64,000 bases of DNA. Source: Fumia xinanensis (GTDB lineage: Bacteria > Bacillota > Clostridia > Oscillospirales > Ruminococcaceae). Location: the NCBI RefSeq assembly GCF_014384905.1, contig NZ_JACRSV010000002.1, forward strand, positions 585,882-649,881, written 5' to 3'. This document shows positions 30,405-37,648 of the stretch, piece after piece. Position 1 is the first letter of the stretch, and the number at the start of each line of letters is the position of its first letter. Position numbers and translations under genes: made by a program. A model generated the notes under the pieces. That model saw only the letters and a program-made list of their open reading frames with translations. It searched no databases and was not told the DNA's origin.

Positions 30405-31265
30405 ATGATTGCTATGCTGCAATGGTGGGAGTCCTTAACCGGGCTTCAGCAGATTTTCGCCTGCATCGCCATCCCGGCAACGGTGCTCCTCGTCATCCAG
30501 ACCCTCCTGACCCTTTTGGGCCTGGGCCACGGCGCGGGGGACGGCGACGACGGCGGTTTCGTCCACGACGCCCACGTGGACAGCGGATTCGACGGGCCGG
30601 ACGCTGGATTCGACGCACCCGACGGCGGTTTTGACGGGCCGGATACCGGCTTCGATATGCCTGACAGCCCTGTCGATCTGGAAGCCGGCCCGCATGAGTT
30701 CGGCCCTGCCTTTGACGCGGGAGCCGGGGGAACGGTGCCGGAAATGCCCGGGGAAGTACCGGACGACGGCCTCGGGGGCGCTTTCCACGAAGGGCCCCAG
30801 CTCATCGAGCACGACGTCCACGGCGACCACAACACCCCCCGGGATTCCGGCGAGTTCGACCACAGCCTGCGCATCTTTACCCTGAGGGGCTTCGTCGCCT
30901 TCTTTGCGGTATTCGGCTGGTCGGGGCTCGTCATGCTCAAGGGCGGGCTGGGCACGGTGGTTTCGGTGTTCCTGGCCCTGGTGTTCGGCGCGCTGATGAT
31001 GGTTTTAGTGGCGCTTTTGTTCGACTGGCTCTTAAAATGCCAGTACGACGGCACCATGGATCCCAGAGAAGCGGTGGGCAAAGAGGGCGAAGTTTATCTC
31101 ACCGTCCCCGCGAAAAAGCAGGGCATGGGCAAGGTAAACGTCCTGGTGGGGGAGGCCCTCACCGAATTCGACGCGGTGACCGACGACAGGGAAGACATTC
31201 CCACCGGCGAAACGGTCGTCGTGCGGGAGGCGCTTGCTTCCACGCTCCTGGTCCGCAGGAAATAG
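30405..31265 (+). CDS. NfeD-like membrane protein (YuaF-like, flotillin-associated) with an unusual internal acidic Gly/Asp/Phe-rich repeat insert
   Basis: N-terminal and central TM segments plus a C-terminal OB-like region (GKVNVLVGEALTEFDAVTDD...VVVRE), lying immediately upstream of the flotillin gene. The start is set at MIAMLQWW, which has an RBS. Confidence 0.55.
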   Translation: MIAMLQWWESLTGLQQIFACIAIPATVLLVIQTLLTLLGLGHGAGDGDDGGFVHDAHVDSGFDGPDAGFDAPDGGFDGPDTGFDMPDSPVDLEAGPHEFGPAFDAGAGGTVPEMPGEVPDDGLGGAFHEGPQLIEHDVHGDHNTPRDSGEFDHSLRIFTLRGFVAFFAVFGWSGLVMLKGGLGTVVSVFLALVFGALMMVLVALLFDWLLKCQYDGTMDPREAVGKEGEVYLTVPAKKQGMGKVNVLVGEALTEFDAVTDDREDIPTGETVVVREALASTLLVRRK

Positions 31266-31298
31266 CGGGCAAATACAGAAAAAAGAGAGGGAAAAAAC

Positions 31299-32702
31299 AT
31301 GCCAAACAATTTATCCATTGAAATGCTGATTCTCATTGTTGTCATCGTTGTGATTTTGTTCTCCCTGCTGCTCCTGATCCTGTCCCGGTACAAAAAGTGC
31401 CCCTCCGACAAGGTCATGGTCATCTACGGTAACGTGGGCAACAACAAGGACGGCTCCAACCGTACCGCCAAATGCATCCACGGCGGCGCCAGCTTCATCT
31501 GGCCGGTGGTGCAGGCTTACGAGTTTCTCGATTTGACCCCCATTTCCATCTCGGTGGATTTGCAGAGCGCGTTGTCCCGGCAGAACATCCGCATCAACGT
31601 GCCGTCCAGGTTCACCGTGGGCATCTCGGTGGAACCCGGCGTTATGCAGAACGCGGCAGAGCGGCTTTTGGGCCTGAAACTCCAGGAAATCCAGGAGCTT
31701 GCAAAAGACATCATCTTCGGACAGCTCCGTCTCGTTATCGCCACCATGGACATCGAGGAAATCAACACCGATAGGGATAAATTCTTAGCGGCGGTGTCCA
31801 GCAACGTGGAGGGCGAGCTGAAAAAAATCGGCCTGCGGCTCATCAACGTCAACGTCACCGACATCAGCGACGAGTCCGGTTACATCTCCGCCCTCGGTAA
31901 AGAGGCGGCGGCAAAAGCCATTAACGACGCCAAAAAGAGCGTGGCCGAAAAAGAGCGCGACGGCTCCATCGGTGAGGCCAACGCCAACCGTGACCAGCGC
32001 GTACAGGTGGCACAGGCAAACTCCATCGCCATCGAGGGTGAAAACGAGGCCCAGATAAACATCGCCATGTCTAACGCCGCCCGCCGCGAAAAAGAGGCGG
32101 AGGCCTTAAAAATCGCTACCTCGGCGGAAAAAATCCAGTCGGCAAAAGCTTTGGAAGAGGCTTACTCGGCCGAACAGCAGGCTGAGGCCGCACGTTTCGC
32201 CCGTGAGAAAGCCACTTTGGAAGCGGACATCATCGTCAAGACCGAAATCGAAAAACGCAAAATGGAACTGGAGGCTGAAGCGGAGGCCGAGCAGACCAGA
32301 CGCCGCGCCCAAGGTGAGGCCGACGCAATTCTCGCCCGCATGACCGCTGAGGCGGAGGGCTTGCAGACCATGCTCCAAAAACAGGCAGACGGTTTGAAAG
32401 ACATCGTCAGCGCCGCCGGCGGCGACGCAAACGACGCTCTGCGCCTGATGCTGGCCGACAAGATGGAAAACCTCCTGAAAATCCAGGTGGAGGCCGTCAA
32501 GGGCATCAAAATCGACAAAGTCACCGTCTGGGACGGCGGCGAAAAGGACGGCAAGACCGCGACTGCGGGCTTTGTGTCCGGCCTGATGAAGAGCATCCCC
32601 CCCATGAACGAGATGTTCGACATGGCGGGCATGAACCTGCCGGAATTTTTGGGCAAAAAGAAAGAGGAAGCCCCCGCGGCGGAAATCAAAGCGGAGGAAT
32701 AA
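31299..32702 (+). CDS. Flotillin (SPFH/band-7 domain, FloT/YuaG-like)
   Basis: N-terminal TM segment, an SPFH domain, and a long Ala/Glu-rich coiled coil with EA-repeat region (AEQQAEAARFAREKATLEADIIVKTEIEKRKMELEAEAEAEQTRRRAQGEADAIL). Confidence 0.75.
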   Translation: MPNNLSIEMLILIVVIVVILFSLLLLILSRYKKCPSDKVMVIYGNVGNNKDGSNRTAKCIHGGASFIWPVVQAYEFLDLTPISISVDLQSALSRQNIRINVPSRFTVGISVEPGVMQNAAERLLGLKLQEIQELAKDIIFGQLRLVIATMDIEEINTDRDKFLAAVSSNVEGELKKIGLRLINVNVTDISDESGYISALGKEAAAKAINDAKKSVAEKERDGSIGEANANRDQRVQVAQANSIAIEGENEAQINIAMSNAARREKEAEALKIATSAEKIQSAKALEEAYSAEQQAEAARFAREKATLEADIIVKTEIEKRKMELEAEAEAEQTRRRAQGEADAILARMTAEAEGLQTMLQKQADGLKDIVSAAGGDANDALRLMLADKMENLLKIQVEAVKGIKIDKVTVWDGGEKDGKTATAGFVSGLMKSIPPMNEMFDMAGMNLPEFLGKKKEEAPAAEIKAEE

Positions 32703-32712
32703 GCTTTCGTAA

Positions 32713-32747
32713 GAAAAAAGACGAACCCCCGGCGGGTTCGTCTTTTT
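32713..32747 (+). terminator. Rho-independent terminator of the flotillin operon
   Basis: aagacgaaccc-ccggc-gggttcgtctt followed by ttttttg. Confidence 0.75.
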
Positions 32748-32764
32748 TGTTGTTTTCAGTGGAA

Positions 32765-32946
32765 TGTAGGGGCGGCTATCAGCCGCCCGCCGATAGGCAA
32801 AAACTGTGGGAAACCGCGGGCGGCCGATGGCCGCCCCTACATTTTCCTGAAACCTTCCGGCAGACTGCGGGCGGATTTTATATCCGCCCCTATATTTTTT
32901 CGAAACTTCTTGGTAAACGGTAGGGGGCGATACCTTATCGCCCCGC
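32765..32946. repeat. Array of four degenerate GC-rich hairpin repeats (GGGCGG-loop-CCGCCC followed by CTA(C/T)ATTTT), period ~55-60 bp
   Basis: Four stem-loops with conserved stems and different loops: ggcggct-atc-agccgcc; gggcggcc-gat-ggccgccc; gggcggat-tttat-atccgccc; ggggcgata-cct-tatcgcccc. Each is followed by a similar (t)gaaac(c)tt tail. Confidence 0.5.
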
Positions 32947-33557
32947 CAGTAAAAAACACGGTTTCCTGATGGAGGGCCGGAGGAGCGTCAGCGACGACGG
33001 CCCCAAAGGGGGGCGAGCGGCGAAGCGCGCAGCCCCGGACAGCGACGAAGCAAAAAATCTTTCCGTTTTACTACAAGCCCTAGAAAAGCACGAGGGGTGG
33101 CAGGGGAGGGCGACTCCTAGGATTCTAAGCGCAGCGCGGAGCCCTCCCCCCGCGGTAGGATTATTAAGGGGCTGACAAGACAGCCCCTTAATTCGCCTGT
33201 CGGGGCGAGTCCCGACGACTGAACGAAAAGAAAACAGTAACGGTTAAGGAGAACAACGAAACAGAAACCAACATAACAAACCCGCCCTCACCGAATCGGT
33301 AAAGGCGGGTTTGTTGTTCCATAATGGTGTAATTTTGGGACTATTTTGACACTAGTTTAGCACTAGATTATGAACGAATGCTTCTGATATAATATTTGAT
33401 GAGATACCCCTTAGGGAGAGTTACAACAAAAATTATCCGTGGAACCTTATAATATTCAATGAAAGGCAACAACAATTTTTAATATACGTTACAGCCGCCC
33501 GATGCTCTCAAAAAATGGGGACCAATAATATATAAATCTTTTTCCCAATATTTTACA

Positions 33558-33797
33558 ATGGATGCAGGAAGTGATGCTATGAATGACAGCAATAGAGAAC
33601 CGCTAAAAATCAAGATTCGCGGTGAGGATGGATATCGTGTGACAACCATTCGGATATCGGAAGGAATTATTTGCCGGCTAGACCGGCTTGCTGACGAAAC
33701 GCATCGCTCCCGCAATGAATTAATCAATATCATGCTGGAATACGCGATCAACAACATTGTTATCGAGCGCCTGCCAAATCAGAAGGTCAAAGAATAA
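33558..33797 (+). CDS. Ribbon-helix-helix (CopG/Arc-like) DNA-binding protein
   Basis: The RVTTIRISEGIICRLDRLADETHRSRNELINIMLEYAI block has a beta-strand/helix-helix pattern typical of RHH proteins. It sits in an AT-rich segment. Confidence 0.45.
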   Translation: MDAGSDAMNDSNREPLKIKIRGEDGYRVTTIRISEGIICRLDRLADETHRSRNELINIMLEYAINNIVIERLPNQKVKE

Positions 33798-33802
33798 AAA
33801 TC

Positions 33803-33901
33803 GGAACCTGCTGCATCCTCGGCCGCCCCGACATTCCTCCCGAATACCGGGCCGCGCTGGAACGCGAACTCGATAATCTAATGCCCTATGAGGTGACCTA
33901 A
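33803..33901 (+). pseudogene. Truncated remnant (N-terminal ~26 codons) of a fourth SLOG/YpsA-like paralog
   Basis: It translates to GTCCILGRPDIPPEYRAALERELDNL..., near-identical to the N-terminus of the 34336 paralog (TCCILGRPDIPPGYRATLEHEFDNL). It has no start codon and ends after 33 codons. Confidence 0.55.
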
Positions 33902-33933
33902 CAAAAAGCACCTTTACAAATCCAAAAGCGGGT

Positions 33934-34224
33934 TTATTTGTTTTCCAATGGGATATATTCAAGCAAATCGCTTATTTCGCATTGAAGCGAACAGCATATT
34001 TTAGCAAAGAGCACCATATCCAGTCTATAAATTTCCACGTCCGGTTTACAGTAATGGTCGATTGTCTGGAACTTGACACCGATACTGTCAGCCAAACTGT
34101 TTCTGGTAATACCGTGCTGATTCAAGTATTCGCCCAATTTGACTTTGATTTTGCCAAAAGGCTGCAAAGTAGAGACTTCTGTCCGTTTTCCAACCAATTG
34201 AATCGGAATTTTCACTTTGCACAC
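33934..34224 (-). CDS. Small XRE-family HTH transcriptional regulator (divergent partner of SLOG paralog 2)
   Basis: HTH segment ITRNSLADSIGVKFQTIDHYCK; a paralog of the 34873 gene. Confidence 0.55.
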   Translation of the reverse strand: MCKVKIPIQLVGKRTEVSTLQPFGKIKVKLGEYLNQHGITRNSLADSIGVKFQTIDHYCKPDVEIYRLDMVLFAKICCSLQCEISDLLEYIPLENK

Positions 34225-34289
34225 CTTCTTTGTTATTTTCTATAATTATACCTTAACACATATAACCCAATTTGACATTATACCTATTC

Positions 34290-34319
34290 GGGTATTATAC
34301 TTATACAAGTATAATACCC
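34290..34319. promoter_or_regulatory. Perfect inverted repeat GGGTATTATACT-N6-AGTATAATACCC (candidate operator overlapping divergent promoters)
   Basis: 12-bp arms that are exact reverse complements. It contains TATAAT-like hexamers and ends ~17 bp before the SLOG gene start. Confidence 0.6.
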
Positions 34320-34335
34320 ATAGGAGGAAATGATT

Positions 34336-34812
34336 ATGAATTTTTTGACTTCTACAGCCGGAACCTGCTGCATCCTCGGCCGTCCCGACATTCCTCCCGG
34401 TTACCGGGCCACGCTGGAACACGAATTCGATAATCTGATCGCCCACGGGGTCACTTGTTACTTTTTCACCGGGTTGGATATCTTCGAGCGGCTCTGCCTC
34501 AAGGCCCTGCGCTGCCTTCAGCAAACTTATGACTACATCCCTATCAAAACCATTCTCCTCGGCACCGACATCACTCTGCTCACCAAATCAGAATACGACT
34601 TCGACGCGGTTTGCTGCCTGCGGCCCGAAAAGGACCCCTCCTTTTCCCTCAACCGCATTGCCATCGAGCATTCCCGGTTTATGGTCTACTTTCAGCTCAC
34701 CGACTTCGGCGGAATCCAAAGCGACCTCATTTACGGCGAGGGGCTGGGCCTGCGGCCCATCAACATTGCGGCGCGAAAAAAAGCGGATGATGGGCCATCC
34801 GCTTCTCTATGA
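34336..34812 (+). CDS. SLOG-fold small protein, YpsA/DUF1273-like (paralog 2)
   Basis: Shares the family signature TCCILGRPDIPPGY...FFTGLDIFERLCLKAL...SRFMVYFQLTDFGGIQSDLIYG; AGGAGG RBS. Confidence 0.45.
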   Translation: MNFLTSTAGTCCILGRPDIPPGYRATLEHEFDNLIAHGVTCYFFTGLDIFERLCLKALRCLQQTYDYIPIKTILLGTDITLLTKSEYDFDAVCCLRPEKDPSFSLNRIAIEHSRFMVYFQLTDFGGIQSDLIYGEGLGLRPINIAARKKADDGPSASL

Positions 34813-34872
34813 AAATATTCCTGTTTTTCACCAGCGAAACCGCTCCACGGCAGCAAGCGGGAGCGGTTTTCA

Positions 34873-35145
34873 TCAATCGTTTTCCGGGGGAAGGTAGCGG
34901 AGGATATCCGACAGCTCACAGTTCATGGAGTAGCAGAATTTCGCCAGCAGGCTCAGGTCCACCCGCTCCACGTTTTTGTTCTGGTAATACCGGTCGACGG
35001 TTTTATAGTCCAGGCCGGTGCGCTTGGCAAGCCCGTTTCTGGAAAATCCGTGGGCGTCCATATATTCGCCTAAAAACAGCTCCACCTTCCCGTACGGCCG
35101 CTCCTTGCCCACTACATTTTCGACGATTGTCCTCAAAGTACCCAT
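34873..35145 (-). CDS. Small XRE-family HTH transcriptional regulator (divergent partner of SLOG paralog 3)
   Basis: HTH segment FSRNGLAKRTGLDYKTVDRYYQNK. Confidence 0.55.
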   Translation of the reverse strand: MGTLRTIVENVVGKERPYGKVELFLGEYMDAHGFSRNGLAKRTGLDYKTVDRYYQNKNVERVDLSLLAKFCYSMNCELSDILRYLPPEND

Positions 35146-35193
35146 GGCTTTCCCTCCTATATATAGACATAGATTATCATACCTATTGACATT

Positions 35194-35233
35194 TGGATAT
35201 TAGGTATTATATACTTATCTATATTTACTAGTA
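35194..35233. promoter_or_regulatory. Imperfect AT-rich inverted repeat (GGTATTATATACT ... AGTATATATATCC), candidate operator related to the 34290 palindrome
   Basis: 10 of 13 arm positions are complementary, and it sits in the same position relative to the gene pair as the perfect palindrome upstream. Confidence 0.4.
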
Positions 35234-35261
35234 TATATATCCATATATAGGAGAAGTATTT

Positions 35262-35744
35262 ATGCGGATTCAATACATTGCAAAGCGTACCTGCTGTATC
35301 GTCGGTAGGCCCGATGTTCCGTACGGGTACGAGCCCGTGGTGGAATACGAATTCAACGGCCTTATCGCACGGGGCGTCACCAGCTTTCTGTTCTGCGGCG
35401 TAGGGCCTTTTGAGCGCCTCTGCCTGGAAACCCTCCAAAAACTTCAGCAATGCTACGGCTATATCCCCATCCGGCTCACTCTCATCGGGTCGGACGCCCA
35501 TCTGCTGGCCGATTACGAGGATGAGTTTGACGCGATAATCTGCCTCTGCCGCCAGTCAGAACCGCACTTACGGCCGGTGCGGTATGCCATTGGCAATTCC
35601 CGGTTTTTATTTTATTACCAGCGGGACGATTTCGGCGGAGCATTCAGTGACATCCGCTACGGGCTGGACATGGGGTTGGAGCTGATAAACGTCGCAGAAT
35701 CCAAAAGGGAAGCGGACAAAACGCCGTTTACTTCCCTATTATAA
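35262..35744 (+). CDS. SLOG-fold small protein, YpsA/DUF1273-like (paralog 3)
   Basis: TCCIVGRPDVPYGYEPVVEYEF...FLFCGVGPFERLCLETL...SRFLFYYQRDDFGGAFSDIRYG. Confidence 0.45.
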   Translation: MRIQYIAKRTCCIVGRPDVPYGYEPVVEYEFNGLIARGVTSFLFCGVGPFERLCLETLQKLQQCYGYIPIRLTLIGSDAHLLADYEDEFDAIICLCRQSEPHLRPVRYAIGNSRFLFYYQRDDFGGAFSDIRYGLDMGLELINVAESKREADKTPFTSLL

Positions 35745-35748
35745 CGCA

Positions 35749-35778
35749 AAAGCAGGGGAGGCCCCCTGCTTTTTTTCA
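35749..35778. terminator. Bidirectional rho-independent terminator
   Basis: aaagcaggggag-gccccctgcttttttt. Confidence 0.65.
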
Positions 35779-35795
35779 TTGCATTGGAACTGTTT

Positions 35796-36341
35796 TCAGG
35801 ACGATGATTTCGATATTTTAGGGAACATGGTAAAGTTGCTGTACAGCAGGAAAAACAACGAAAATTCCCGCTTGGAGAACGTTCCGTTCCGGATCAGGAG
35901 CTCCTGGGTTTTCCCGCCCAATTTGATATAATATCCCGTTTCGGCATATCCGTTTCGGAGATAGAAATTTTTGCGCCGGATCCTCTGCGCCAGGTCTTTT
36001 GCACCCTCTCCGCAAGGTTCGATGGACACGATGACCTTGCTGTCCGGGTGCATGGCCTGGACTTTTTGCAGAATGGCGCCGCCGTATCCTTTGGAGCGGA
36101 GGGTTTCTTCCACCGCGAGGAACATGATAAAGCTGAGCTTGCGGACGGTGGCGAGATAGACAAAGCCGCAGAGGGTATCGCCGTCATAAAACGCCAGAAA
36201 CTCGGTGTTCCAAAGGTGGGACATGGCCATCATCATCCAAAAGGGCATCCGGTCTTCTCTGGAAAACGAAGCGTGGTAAATTGCCTTGATTTTTTGCTTG
36301 TTTTCGCGCTTCGCAGCCTTTTTTGCTCTTAAATCCATCAT
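35796..36341 (-). CDS. GNAT-family N-acetyltransferase
   Basis: GNAT motif A region (VEETLRSKGYGGAILQ) plus a C-terminal NGY motif. Confidence 0.55.
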   Translation of the reverse strand: MMDLRAKKAAKRENKQKIKAIYHASFSREDRMPFWMMMAMSHLWNTEFLAFYDGDTLCGFVYLATVRKLSFIMFLAVEETLRSKGYGGAILQKVQAMHPDSKVIVSIEPCGEGAKDLAQRIRRKNFYLRNGYAETGYYIKLGGKTQELLIRNGTFSKREFSLFFLLYSNFTMFPKISKSSS

Positions 36342-36623
36342 TTAACCATCCTATTATCGTCGGGTAATGGTTTTTTGGTTTGGCAGGGGCCTTTTTCGTT
36401 GGGACGGTCGTAAGCTTTCCTACAAAAATTTGATATGAAATCCATGTATATGTAGAATTGAAAAAACAAAGATTTTGGACATATTAAAATAAGCCTGTCA
36501 AGACCTTGGCATAAAATTCACGCAAATGGAATTTATATAGAAAAGCAATAAAACCCAGAAAAACACTCATTTAAGCAAATTGCCAATTGCTTCATATTTT
36601 TATAAATATAGGAGGATATTAAA

Positions 36624-37517
36624 ATGTACGACATGATTATTATTGGCGCAGGACCTGCTGGTATCAGTGCAGCAATTTATGGGAAAAGCAGAGGAAAAAA
36701 AGTTTTGGTGTTGGAAAAGAAACAGGTGGGAGGTTTGATTGGAACGGTATCTACAGTGACACACTATACAGCAATCGTACAAGAAGAATCTGGCAATACC
36801 TTTGCTGAACGAATGAAAGAGCAGGCGCTCGGTGCTGGTGTGGAGATTCGTTATGAAAATGTGACAGAGACAAAACTTACAGGCGAAATAAAGAAAGTCG
36901 TTACCGATAAAGCAAGTTATCAATCTAAAACCTTAATTTTGGCAAATGGTGGCTCTGGCCGTATGCTGGGCATTCCCGGGGAAAGTCTGAAAGGTGTCAG
37001 ATTAAATGCACCAAAAGATGGTTTGAACTATAAAGGAAAGAATGTTTATGTTATCGGCGGAGCAGATGGAGCGGTTAAGGAAGCTCTTTATCTGGCTGAA
37101 TTAGCGGCAAAAGTGATGATTGTATGCCTGGAGGATGAGCTTGCATGTATACAGGAATTCAAAGATAAAGTATTTACCCATGATAATATCGAAGTCATGC
37201 CGCATTCAAGTCTAACTGGAGTATATGGCAACGAAGCGGTGGAAGAGCTCGAATTTACAGATAACAAAACAGGAATGAAGCAGATTGTAAAAGATGCAGA
37301 GTGTGGAGTATTTGTATACGCGGGAATTGTTCCGAATACGCAGATGTACACAGAATTGAAGTTAGATGACGGCTATATTTTGACTGATGACTCGATGCAG
37401 ACGGAAATCCCAGGAGTATTTGCGGCAGGAGATATCCGCGCGAAGAAAGTAAGACAGGTTGCTACAGCAGTGGCCGATGGTGCCATCGCAGGTATTCAGG
37501 CAGCCGCAATGTGCTGA
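36624..37517 (+). CDS. Thioredoxin-reductase-like FAD/NAD(P)-dependent oxidoreductase lacking the CxxC redox motif (ferredoxin-NADP reductase-like)
   Basis: GxGxxG FAD motif (IIGAGPAGISAA), a second dinucleotide motif (VIGGADGAVKEALYLA) and C-terminal FAAGDIR. No CxxC is found in the expected position. It lies in an AT-rich islet. Confidence 0.55.
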   Translation: MYDMIIIGAGPAGISAAIYGKSRGKKVLVLEKKQVGGLIGTVSTVTHYTAIVQEESGNTFAERMKEQALGAGVEIRYENVTETKLTGEIKKVVTDKASYQSKTLILANGGSGRMLGIPGESLKGVRLNAPKDGLNYKGKNVYVIGGADGAVKEALYLAELAAKVMIVCLEDELACIQEFKDKVFTHDNIEVMPHSSLTGVYGNEAVEELEFTDNKTGMKQIVKDAECGVFVYAGIVPNTQMYTELKLDDGYILTDDSMQTEIPGVFAAGDIRAKKVRQVATAVADGAIAGIQAAAMC

Positions 37518-37648
37518 TATTAAAAGCAAACATTAGGGCGGGGATTAAGGTTACGTCTTAGCGCTGAATTTGGTTAGCCAAATTCGTCTGCTGTGAAAAT
37601 CAAGGGGATCTTTGTGGGAAAAAGGCAGTACCATTGGGGCGGCGCCTA

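Noticed and set aside
32765-32946. Possible CRISPR array (regularly spaced GC hairpins)
   Set aside because: The repeats are not identical (loops and flanks differ), the units are too few and irregular, and there are no spacers or cas genes. It was kept only as a hairpin-repeat observation.
32969-33175. 68-aa ORF in the hairpin-rich intergenic region
   Set aside because: There is no RBS, the translation is low-complexity (R/A/G-rich) and is driven by GC-rich hairpin sequence. It is unlikely to be coding.
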